From NCBI GenBank assembly GCA_964605735.1, contig CAZSDS010000001.1:6771-70770 (forward strand): 64,000 nucleotides of DNA. The letters are read 5' to 3'. This DNA is from an uncultured Candidatus Saccharibacteria bacterium (GTDB taxonomy: Bacteria; Patescibacteriota; Doudnabacteria; UBA920; O2-02-FULL-48-8). The notes below the pieces were generated by a model. It was given only the letters and a program-made list of their open reading frames with translations, was not told where the DNA came from and searched no databases. This document shows, in pieces, positions 56,617-64,000 of the stretch (the stretch's first letter is position 1; every line of letters begins with the position of its first letter). The translations under genes were made by a program, and so were the position numbers.

Positions 56617-57066
56617 TTGACCATGGATAAGCAAAATGTCAGAGTTGGAATAGGGGTATTTATCTTCAAAGATGGTAAGTTCCTTATGGGTCAAAGGAAA
56701 AATGCACACGGAGATGGAACTTGGTCAGTGCCTGGTGGTCATTTGGAATTCGGCGAATCATTTTCAGATACGGCAATCCGCGAAGCAAAAGAAGAAACCA
56801 ACTTGGATATTACAAATGTCAGGTTCGGGGCAGTCACTAATGACTATTTTGAAATTGAAGGAAAGCACTACGTTACAGTATGGATGTTGAGTGATTATAA
56901 ATCTGGAGATGTTAAGATTATTGAACCTGATAAGTTTGTTAAGATGGAGTGGCGTGATTTCAAAAATCTTCCAGAGCCGCTCTTCCAACCTTGGAAACAA
57001 TTGTTAAAATCGGAATTTATTGAAAAAATTAAATCTTCATTAAATCAAAACATTAGCGAAAGCTAG
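56617..57066 (+). CDS. NUDIX hydrolase
   Basis: 149 aa. Nudix box GGHLEFGESFSDTAIREAKEETNL. Ends with the N-I-S-E-S-stop tail. Confidence 0.8.
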   Translation: MTMDKQNVRVGIGVFIFKDGKFLMGQRKNAHGDGTWSVPGGHLEFGESFSDTAIREAKEETNLDITNVRFGAVTNDYFEIEGKHYVTVWMLSDYKSGDVKIIEPDKFVKMEWRDFKNLPEPLFQPWKQLLKSEFIEKIKSSLNQNISES

Positions 57067-57082
57067 TGTTTTTTGATATGCT
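57048..57082 (+). repeat. Cassette-boundary element copy 2: CATTAGC-GAAA-GCTAGTG hairpin plus TTTTTTGATATGC
   Basis: Overlaps the terminal codons and stop of the NUDIX ORF. Confidence 0.65.
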
Positions 57083-57125
57083 TTTCGTATATTCAAAATT
57101 TTATAAATTCGGGTAAGAATACCAC

Positions 57126-58016
57126 ATGAGCGACTCTAGAGAAAAAGACTTTTTTACCTATGGACCAGTGCATTTGGAAGTTACTGACGGTGAAAAATCA
57201 GTTCGTTTTTGGCGTGACATTCTGGGGCTGACATTACGCAAGGAAGGTGGAGAAATTGAACTCGGTACATCAGAAAGGACCTTGGTAGTTTTGCATCCGG
57301 TAGCCAGGCGTCCTTTCATGCAGGGCCACAGCGGACTTTATCATTTGGCTATACACATGCCAACAGAGCCGGAATTCGCCAGGGTACTTGCCAGGCTCAT
57401 TTCTAAAAATTACCCAATTGCCCCAACTGACCACATCATGTCTAAATCGATTTACATGGAGGATCCGGATGGTATTACAGTTGAAATTACATTGGAGACA
57501 ATCAACCGATTCGGTTCATATGACATAACTGAAGAAAATTTCAGGGTTATTGATTCTGAAGGTCGCGAGCGCGGCATGACCGAGGCTCTTGATGTCCGGG
57601 AAGTGCTTGCCACGCTTTCGGACAATGATTTGGATAAGCCTTTTCCACCTGACACTTACATTGGGCACGTCCATCTTTACGTTGGTGACCTGAAAGCCGC
57701 GTACGAGTTCTACCAGAATCTTGGTTTTCTCCCAAACCTGTTCACGCCATTTGGTTTTGCTGATTTGAAGGCAGGGGGAATCTTCCCGCACCGTCTTGCC
57801 GTTAACACATGGCAGGGAGTGGGTGCTCCGCCAGCCCCGGAAGGTACTGCAGGTCTGAAGCATTTCATTTTAAACTTTAAGTCTGCTGATTTCTTAAAAA
57901 ATGCATTGGCTGGAATGCCTGAAGCCAAAAAAACAGACAAAGGACATATTGTAACCGACCCATCCGGGAACAATATACTTTTGGTTGCAGAAGAAAAGGA
58001 CATTAGCGCGAGCTAA
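57126..58016 (+). CDS. VOC (glyoxalase/bleomycin-resistance/dioxygenase) superfamily protein, two-domain
   Basis: 296 aa. Two beta-alpha-beta-beta-beta modules with His/Glu metal-ligand candidates (VHLEV, HLAIHM, HVHLYV). Ends with the D-I-S-A-S-stop tail. Confidence 0.65.
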   Translation: MSDSREKDFFTYGPVHLEVTDGEKSVRFWRDILGLTLRKEGGEIELGTSERTLVVLHPVARRPFMQGHSGLYHLAIHMPTEPEFARVLARLISKNYPIAPTDHIMSKSIYMEDPDGITVEITLETINRFGSYDITEENFRVIDSEGRERGMTEALDVREVLATLSDNDLDKPFPPDTYIGHVHLYVGDLKAAYEFYQNLGFLPNLFTPFGFADLKAGGIFPHRLAVNTWQGVGAPPAPEGTAGLKHFILNFKSADFLKNALAGMPEAKKTDKGHIVTDPSGNNILLVAEEKDISAS

Positions 58017-58030
58017 TGTTTTTTGTTACC
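57996..58030 (+). repeat. Cassette-boundary element copy 3: CATTAGC-GCGA-GCTAATG perfect 7-bp hairpin plus TTTTTTGTTACC
   Basis: Overlaps the terminal codons and stop of the VOC ORF. GNRA loop. T-run. Confidence 0.65.
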
Positions 58031-58057
58031 ATTTAAACATAATTTAAACGCAAAAAT

Positions 58058-58468
58058 ATGGATATCAATTTTTGGGCTGTAGTAGTCTCTGCTTTGGCCT
58101 CAATGGTCATTGGCAGTATCTGGTTTGGTCCTTTGTTTGGGAGGATGTTTATGGATGTTTCAGGGCTCTCAAAGATGACTCCTGAACAGCGTGCTGAAGC
58201 ACAGAAAGCCATGGGTATGTCTTATATGATCCAGGCTGCGGCAAGTCTGGTTATGTTTTATGTTCTGGCCCGCTTTATTTCAGGGATGGACGAAATGACC
58301 CTGCAGGGCGGTCTTATGACAGCATTATGGATTTGGATAGGGTTTATAGTGCCAATGAAAATTGGTGACGCCATCTGGGGCGGCAGCTGGAAGCTTTCAG
58401 CGCTCATTGCAGGCAACAGCCTGGTTACGCTTCTGGTCACAGGAGCAATTCTTGGCAGCTGGAAATAG
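58058..58468 (+). CDS. DUF1761-like small membrane protein
   Basis: 136 aa. 3-4 hydrophobic helices. Conserved-looking GxxWFGP motif (GSIWFGPLFG). Confidence 0.45.
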   Translation: MDINFWAVVVSALASMVIGSIWFGPLFGRMFMDVSGLSKMTPEQRAEAQKAMGMSYMIQAAASLVMFYVLARFISGMDEMTLQGGLMTALWIWIGFIVPMKIGDAIWGGSWKLSALIAGNSLVTLLVTGAILGSWK

Positions 58469-58506
58469 TTTGCGACTTTTAAAATAAAACTTGTTATAAT
58501 ATTTCC

Positions 58507-58920
58507 ATGAAAGAACCAATTACAATAGAAACAACAATCAATGCCCCGATTGAAAAAATCTGGGAGTACATGAATAATCCTGAGCACATCACTAAGTGGT
58601 GTTTTGCACAGGATGACTGGCACGCGCCACGGGCTGAAAACGATCTTAGGGTCGGTGGGAAGTTACTGACCAGAATGGAAGCAAAAGACGGCAGTTTTGG
58701 CTTTGATTTTGGTGGAACATATACTGCAGTAGAAGAAAACAAGTTGATTGAATATGTATTGGGCGACGGCCGCAAGGTTAAAGTGGAGTTTATCAAAGAA
58801 CCTGAAGCGTATCGGGTGGTTCAAACTTTTGACCCAGAAGATCAGAACACAAGAGAGAAACAAAGAGAAGGCTGGCAGGCGATACTCGATAACTTCAAAA
58901 AGCACGTAATAAATAATTAG
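58507..58920 (+). CDS. SRPBCC superfamily protein (AHSA1/Aha1-like activator-of-Hsp90-ATPase domain)
   Basis: 137 aa. Pattern EPITIETTINAPIEKIWEYMNNPEHITKW typical of the AHSA1/START-like fold. Hairpin terminator GGCGGTTC-ATA-GAACCGCC plus T5 at about 58942-58968. Confidence 0.6.
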   Translation: MKEPITIETTINAPIEKIWEYMNNPEHITKWCFAQDDWHAPRAENDLRVGGKLLTRMEAKDGSFGFDFGGTYTAVEENKLIEYVLGDGRKVKVEFIKEPEAYRVVQTFDPEDQNTREKQREGWQAILDNFKKHVINN

Positions 58921-59031
58921 CCTTGGTTGATTAGAGTGAAGGCGGTTCATAGAACCGCCTTTTTGAGCCTATAGCTATAAAAAAAATGAGCTTTCTGGTA
59001 AACTAAAAAAGCAACAGTTAACATAAAGAAC

Positions 59032-60177
59032 ATGGATTACAGAGAAAAAAGCATAGAGGAACACAAGAAAACTAAGGGCAAATTGTCAGTTGATTCGAAA
59101 ATGCCTCTGAACAATAAAGAAGAATTATCAATTGCATATACCCCGGGCGTGGCAGGTCCGAGCATGGAAATCGCCAGAGACAAGTCTTTGGCATATGACC
59201 TGACCAGCACCAAGAACGGCGTGGCTATTGTTTCAGACGGTACCGCAGTCCTCGGTCTTGGGGACATAGGGCCAGAAGCTGCTCTTCCTGTAATGGAAGG
59301 CAAGGCTGTTTTGTTTAAACGTTTTGCGGGGATAGACGGATTCCCAATCGTATTGAACACAAAAGATCCGGAAGAAATTATTGCAGCTGTCAAAGCCATT
59401 GCCCCAACGTTTGGCGGCATTAATTTAGAAGACATTTCTGCACCGCGTTGTTTCGAAATTGAAGAAAGTCTTAAAGCTGAGTTGGATATTCCTGTGATGC
59501 ATGATGACCAACACGGCACGGCTGTGGTAGTTTTGGCTGGTTTAATCAATGCTTTGAAGCTGGCCCGCAAAGACAAGTCAGTTAAAGTAGTTTTGAGCGG
59601 GGCTGGTGCCGCTGGCGTGGGGATCGTCAAAATTCTGCTCAATTACGGAATCAATAATATTATTGTTTGCGACAGCAAAGGTGCGATTCACAACGGGCGC
59701 ACTGATTTGAATGACGAGAAAAAGAAGTTGCTTGCAATCACCAATCCTGACTCAGAAACCGGTCCTTTGAAGGAAGTGATCAAGGGTAAGGATGTTTTTA
59801 TTGGAGTCTCAGCGCCAGGACTTCTAACTGCTGACGATGTTTCAGCCATGAATGAGAAGGCTATAATTTTTGCGCTTTCAAATCCCGTGCCTGAAATCAT
59901 GCCGGATGAAGCAAAAACCGGCGGTGCGTTTATTGTGGCATCAGGGCGTTCTGATTTTCCAAACCAGGTAAATAACGTGCTGGCCTTTCCGGGTATTTTC
60001 AAAGGCGCGATTCGCTCAAGGGTTAAAAAAATAACGGATGAAATGGAAGTGCGCGCCGCAGAAGCATTGGCAAACCTGGTAAAAGACCCAACACCGGAAA
60101 AAATAATTCCTAGTCCTTTTGAAGATGGGATTGCAGAAGCAGTGGCAACTGCCATAGACAACGCCAGCGGATTGTAA
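59032..60177 (+). CDS. NAD(P)-dependent malic enzyme (short bacterial form)
   Basis: 381 aa. Conserved N-terminal malic enzyme region (LSIAYTPGVAGPSMEIARD...IVSDGTAVLGLGDIGP...) and Rossmann GAGAAGVGI. Confidence 0.85.
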   Translation: MDYREKSIEEHKKTKGKLSVDSKMPLNNKEELSIAYTPGVAGPSMEIARDKSLAYDLTSTKNGVAIVSDGTAVLGLGDIGPEAALPVMEGKAVLFKRFAGIDGFPIVLNTKDPEEIIAAVKAIAPTFGGINLEDISAPRCFEIEESLKAELDIPVMHDDQHGTAVVVLAGLINALKLARKDKSVKVVLSGAGAAGVGIVKILLNYGINNIIVCDSKGAIHNGRTDLNDEKKKLLAITNPDSETGPLKEVIKGKDVFIGVSAPGLLTADDVSAMNEKAIIFALSNPVPEIMPDEAKTGGAFIVASGRSDFPNQVNNVLAFPGIFKGAIRSRVKKITDEMEVRAAEALANLVKDPTPEKIIPSPFEDGIAEAVATAIDNASGL

Positions 60178-60234
60178 TAAGATGGTTGGGTCAAATTAAC
60201 CAGGCGGTTTTAAACGGCGGCAAAAGGAATCCGC

Positions 60235-61416
60235 ATGGAACCATTAGCATCAAAAATCAGGCCAAAAACTCTTGAGGAGTACATAGGTCAGGAACACTTA
60301 GTGGGCGAAAGTAAGCCTTTGAATGTGGCCATGAAAGAGGGTCACATCTTTTCGTTTATTCTATGGGGTCCGCCAGGCGTTGGGAAAACAACTCTGGCCC
60401 GCATTTACGCCAACTCAGTCAAAGGCAAACTCTATGAGTTATCAGCCGTATCAGCCGGAAAAGACGACATCAAGCAGATCGTCAATGACCAGACGTTAAG
60501 AGTGGGTCCCAAAATTTTGTTTTTGGACGAAATTCACCGCTTTAACAAAGCACAGCAAGATTTTCTTCTTCCATATGTAGAGCGGGGGACTTTGGTTTTG
60601 ATAGGTGCAACCACAGAAAATCCAAGCTTTGAAGTGATCCCAGCTTTGCTTTCCCGCACCCGCGTGTTCGTGCTCAATGAGCACACAGAGGAAGACATGA
60701 AAGAGATCATCAAGCGCACCGGGATAAAAGTTCCGGCTGATGCTCGGGACTGGCTCATCCGCATGGCCAACGGCGATGCACGCCAAGCCATTACAGTTTT
60801 GGAGAACGCCCAGATTCTGTACAAGAAAATAACAGTCGAAGCGCTCAAAAACACCATCCAGAATACCTTTATCAGATTCGATAAAAAAGGCGAGGAGCAC
60901 TATAACACAATCAGCGCGTTCATAAAGGCAATGCGCGCTTCCCAGCCAAATGCCGCACTTTACTATTTGGCGCGCATGATAGACGGCGGCGAAGACCCTA
61001 AGTTCATTGCCCGCCGCATGGTTATTTTTGCTTCAGAGGATATTGGAGTGGCCCAGCCCACAGCATTGGTAGTCGCAAACGAAGTTTTCCGGGCAGTGGA
61101 GACTATCGGCCTTCCTGAGGCGGCCATAAACCTGGCGCATGGCGTAGTATATCTTTCAAATGCCCCTAAAGACCGCACCGCATATGATGCGTATTTTGAG
61201 GCGTTGGAGGATGTGAAAAAACACGGCAACCTGGCAATACCTTTGGCAGTGCGGAATGCACCAACCAAACTTATGAAAGACCTTGGCTACCATAAAGGCT
61301 ATGAACTGTACATGAAAGAAGATGTTTTGCCGGATAAATTGAAAGGCAAAAAATACTGGAAACCTAAAAAGAAATCCGAACCAAAAGAAAAGAATGAAAA
61401 AAACCATAACGGTTAA
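60235..61416 (+). CDS. rarA: Replication-associated recombination protein A (AAA+ ATPase MgsA/RarA)
   Basis: 393 aa. Walker A GPPGVGKTT. Walker B ILFLDEIHRF. Sensor and C-terminal MgsA helical domain. Confidence 0.85.
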   Translation: MEPLASKIRPKTLEEYIGQEHLVGESKPLNVAMKEGHIFSFILWGPPGVGKTTLARIYANSVKGKLYELSAVSAGKDDIKQIVNDQTLRVGPKILFLDEIHRFNKAQQDFLLPYVERGTLVLIGATTENPSFEVIPALLSRTRVFVLNEHTEEDMKEIIKRTGIKVPADARDWLIRMANGDARQAITVLENAQILYKKITVEALKNTIQNTFIRFDKKGEEHYNTISAFIKAMRASQPNAALYYLARMIDGGEDPKFIARRMVIFASEDIGVAQPTALVVANEVFRAVETIGLPEAAINLAHGVVYLSNAPKDRTAYDAYFEALEDVKKHGNLAIPLAVRNAPTKLMKDLGYHKGYELYMKEDVLPDKLKGKKYWKPKKKSEPKEKNEKNHNG

Positions 61417-61948
61417 CGGCACTCTGATTGAATACACTCACAAAAAAAGCGCCAAGGCAAAAAGAATAAGAATTGCGATTTACCGGGGCGGAGAAATTAT
61501 TTTAACCACTCCAGTTGGGATGCCGGAGCTTTTAGCGGTGCAATTTTTCCGCTCCAAAGCGGGATGGGTGCTGGAAAAATACGCAAAGGCCAAAACTCTA
61601 CCGCCGCCTGATAAAGCAGACACGCGCGGGGAATACCTCAAGCACAAAACAGCGGCTTTGAAACTGGTCAAAGAAAGGCTGGTGCATTTCAATCAGCACT
61701 ATGGCTTTAAATACAATCGCGTATCGATCAAAAACCATAAATCGCTTTGGGGCAGCTGCTCAAGGCGTGGCAATCTTAATTTTAATTATAAGCTGGCGCT
61801 TGTTTCCCCAGAACTGGCGGATTATGTCATTGTCCACGAACTTTGCCACTTGAAAGAGTTCAACCATTCGCCGAAATTCTGGTCCTTGGTGGCTGAAACC
61901 ATCCCGGACTATAAACAGCTCCGCAAAGCCATAAAAGGCCTGCAATAA
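61394..61948 (+). CDS. YgjP-like metal-dependent hydrolase (DUF45/SprT-like M48 family metallopeptidase)
   Basis: 184 aa. Motif HELCHLKEFNHSPKFW (HExxH...NHS). Overlaps the rarA end by 23 nt. Confidence 0.7.
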   Translation: MKKTITVNGTLIEYTHKKSAKAKRIRIAIYRGGEIILTTPVGMPELLAVQFFRSKAGWVLEKYAKAKTLPPPDKADTRGEYLKHKTAALKLVKERLVHFNQHYGFKYNRVSIKNHKSLWGSCSRRGNLNFNYKLALVSPELADYVIVHELCHLKEFNHSPKFWSLVAETIPDYKQLRKAIKGLQ

Positions 61949-62061
61949 GTCGCAGTTTTCCCGCAAAAAGGCGTTTTTTCGGGCAATATTGATTTTCTCA
62001 TTGCTTTGGCTATACTACCCAGTAGCAAGTCGGCGATAAAGAATTAATCAATAAGGAGACT

Positions 62062-62739
62062 ATGGCAAACGAAAGAAACACGGGGGGACAATTGGTCACA
62101 GGTTTGGTGTTACTCGCGATTGTACTGATCGGCATCTACTTCGCCACCAGAGGCGGCAATGATGACGAAAACAACAATCAGGAAAACCAGAACCAGGAGC
62201 AACAGCAGGAGCAGAATCAGGGTGAAACCCCAACTCCAACTCCTCAGCCATCAAACGGTGATGACACCGGGGATGATATCCAGGGCAACGTTTCAGTAAC
62301 CGGCACTTTGCGCGAATCTGACAACGCTGCACGCGGCAACTACATGGTTGAAAGCTCACGCGGCAAGTTCTATGTTTCAACTTCACGCGATTACTCTTCA
62401 AGAGTTGGGCAGGAAGTAACATTGCAGGCTGACGGCACAGTCAACAGCTACACTTTCTTGGGCTTCTCAGGTGTAACTCCGGACAACGGCAACGGCGATG
62501 ACGCAGGCGATGTCGGCGGTGCGCCAACAGAAGAACCAGCAGCAGAAGTTACGTTCACAGGCAAGCTGATGCAGTCAGACAACGCAGACCGCGGAAACTA
62601 TGTGATTGTTTCAGGTGCTACCAAGGTTTATCTCAAAACAGTTCGCGATTACTCAGCTTGGGTTAACGAAAACGTGACACTTACAGCTGAAGGGACACTG
62701 AACAGCTTTTCTGGAGCAGTACTGAACAAAGCTTCCTAA
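62062..62739 (+). CDS. Hypothetical membrane-anchored protein with N/Q-rich linker and two tandem ~60-aa domains
   Basis: 225 aa. TM (LVTGLVLLAIVLIGIYFA). QNQEQQQEQNQ low complexity. Internal duplication (TGTLRESDNAARGNYMVESSRGKFYVSTSRDYSSRVGQEVTLQADGTVNS // TGKLMQSDNADRGNYVIVSGATKVYLKTVRDYSAWVNENVTLTAEGTLNS). Terminator ACCGCC...GGCGGT plus T7 at about 62760-62800. Confidence 0.5.
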   Translation: MANERNTGGQLVTGLVLLAIVLIGIYFATRGGNDDENNNQENQNQEQQQEQNQGETPTPTPQPSNGDDTGDDIQGNVSVTGTLRESDNAARGNYMVESSRGKFYVSTSRDYSSRVGQEVTLQADGTVNSYTFLGFSGVTPDNGNGDDAGDVGGAPTEEPAAEVTFTGKLMQSDNADRGNYVIVSGATKVYLKTVRDYSAWVNENVTLTAEGTLNSFSGAVLNKAS

Positions 62740-62903
62740 TAACATAAAAACCCACAAAACCGCCGTAAAAAATACAGGGCGGTTTTTTTGTTGCGCGTTT
62801 TTTAAGCCTTGACCTTTGTTGAAGCTTCTGGTAACATCTCTGCGGGAAGTCATTGGTTCCGGGAGGGGTTATGGGTCCATGATCCGAAAAACAAGGGGGA
62901 GAA

Positions 62904-63179
62904 ATGCAAGTTCAAAGCTTTGAGGCCAGAGCGAATCAGATATACGATTTGCTCGTGGCCCGCGGCGCACCAGAAGGGAAAAGGCGGGGGTTTGCCCTGT
63001 ATGTGCTCTCACCCGGCGAACAAAGCCTAAATGGGTGGGTAATTGGCGGCAGGCTTGGCAATGCAACTTACTGCGTGGTTTCAGGAAAGGGCGTCATCAA
63101 CCCCGACCCTGAAGACTTTACGGAGGAGCATCAGGAGCTTATTCAAGAGCTCAACCAGGCACTGCAGAACTTTTTGTAA
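62904..63179 (+). CDS. Hypothetical small protein
   Basis: 91-aa ORF with RBS GGGGGAG 6 nt upstream. Protein-like composition. Confidence 0.4.
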   Translation: MQVQSFEARANQIYDLLVARGAPEGKRRGFALYVLSPGEQSLNGWVIGGRLGNATYCVVSGKGVINPDPEDFTEEHQELIQELNQALQNFL

Positions 63180-63278
63180 TCGCGTTAACTTCATGTCAGC
63201 GCGATTTTTTATTTACCGGGAAAATTCCTTGGAAATCTGGTATAATGGTAGTGTTAAAAGTTTAATATAATTTTTAAA

Positions 63279-63818
63279 ATGGAACTGATATTCGTAAGGC
63301 ACGGTGAAACTGTTTACAACAAAAACAAGCAATTGATGGGGCAGAGAATTGATGCTTCTTTGGACAGCGATGGAATTAACCAAGTAAAGGCAATATTGCA
63401 AAAAATTCCCACGAACTTTACCATTATTTATTCCTCACCCCTGAAAAGAGCGGCGGAAACCGCCCAATTAATTTCTGATCATTTTGAAAAAAACGTTCAA
63501 TACAGGCATGAATTGCTGGAACGTGATTTCGGTTCTTTGTCCGGAAAAACCTGGCAGCAAATTAATTCAGAAACTGGAAAGCCTGCAAGTGAGCTGGATA
63601 CCAACCTCCAATATGATTATTCTGAGTATGGAGGAGAGAGTGTTGCTGATGTAAAAAAACGGCTCAAGGAGTTTATTAGTGAAATGAAGCAGAAGCATCC
63701 GAACGACAGAGTTGTTGTTGTGGCGCACAGGGGAATAATCAATTTAATGGAAAGCCTATACCAATCCCAAGAACATAATGCCATGGATAACGCCAGTATC
63801 CATACGTTTGTATTTTAG
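63279..63818 (+). CDS. Histidine phosphatase family protein (phosphoglycerate mutase-like)
   Basis: 179 aa. RHG motif (FVRHGETVYN). Second His in VVVVAHRG. Confidence 0.75.
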   Translation: MELIFVRHGETVYNKNKQLMGQRIDASLDSDGINQVKAILQKIPTNFTIIYSSPLKRAAETAQLISDHFEKNVQYRHELLERDFGSLSGKTWQQINSETGKPASELDTNLQYDYSEYGGESVADVKKRLKEFISEMKQKHPNDRVVVVAHRGIINLMESLYQSQEHNAMDNASIHTFVF

Positions 63819-63856
63819 AAATTTTTCCTTTATCCTTATACCAAAGGAACAAAATA

Positions 63857-64000
63857 ATGAAACCTAAATTCATCATATTGGTTCTGCTGGTCCTCGTAAT
63901 TGCCGGAGCTGTTTACTTTTTAAGCGACAACTCCAGTCAAACCGGGGAAGAACAGCTGGATACAAACCAAAGCCAGAGCCAAAATCAGAACCAGAACCAG
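63857..64000 (+). CDS. Partial (3'-truncated by window end) membrane-anchored protein with Q/N-rich region; paralog-like to 62062..62739
   Basis: ATG at 63857. Hydrophobic anchor ILVLLVLVIAGAVYF then SQSQNQNQNQ low complexity. Runs off the end of the window. Confidence 0.35.
   Translation, partial: MKPKFIILVLLVLVIAGAVYFLSDNSSQTGEEQLDTNQSQSQNQNQNQ

Noticed and set aside
53824-58035. Considered whether the repeated hairpin elements form a CRISPR array or a canonical integron (attC sites).
   Set aside because: Only 3-5 copies, spaced 0.9-1.7 kb apart with protein-coding cargo between them, so this is not a CRISPR repeat-spacer architecture. There is no IntI-type integrase in the window and the GTTRRRY core is not matched (GTTATGC). 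Kept as an integron-like analogy only.

Overview
The window is a compact, gene-dense bacterial chromosome segment of about 64 kb. Coding density is around 90 percent, genes often overlap by 4-40 nt, and AT content is moderate. The gene content (gatCAB, a T-box-type thrS leader, lemA-htpX, comF, recX, Ctc-form rplY) points to a Gram-positive-type or Patescibacteria-like small genome; this is an inference, not a database hit.

Housekeeping genes I recognise from motifs: recG, a ClpC-like AAA+ chaperone, recX, htpX and lemA, gatC-gatA-gatB, miaA, thrS, dnaE, a SEDS (FtsW/RodA) protein, rplY, prfA-prmC, rpmE, rpsB-tsf, rpmG, a NAD-malic enzyme, rarA, and an ECF sigma factor with a co-oriented membrane protein that is probably its anti-sigma factor.

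Seven tRNA genes were folded by hand: Arg, Ser-TGA, Ser-GCT, Thr-TGT, Tyr-GTA, Thr-GGT and Trp-CCA. A degenerate tandem tRNA-Tyr-like copy follows tRNA-Tyr.

Accessory content worth a second look:
- A polysaccharide locus at 20.6-27.7 kb: a two-domain GT2 with cellulose/chitin-synthase-type motifs, a GT-C-like membrane protein, a GH8 and a secreted PA14-PA14-GH6 enzyme.
- An array of single-gene cassettes immediately 3' of tRNA-Trp at 53.8-58.0 kb. Each cassette is closed by a conserved GNRA-loop hairpin/T-run element that also encodes the last codons (N/D-I-S-x-S-stop) of three unrelated ORFs. An HTH/LAGLIDADG-like ORF overlaps the tRNA 5' end.
- A likely threonine T-box leader upstream of thrS.
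- Three short GC-rich ORFan islands.
- A 570-bp non-coding region at 48.36-48.93 kb.
- Large paralogous repeat-rich surface proteins.

No CRISPR array, rRNA or recognisable transposase/integrase was seen.
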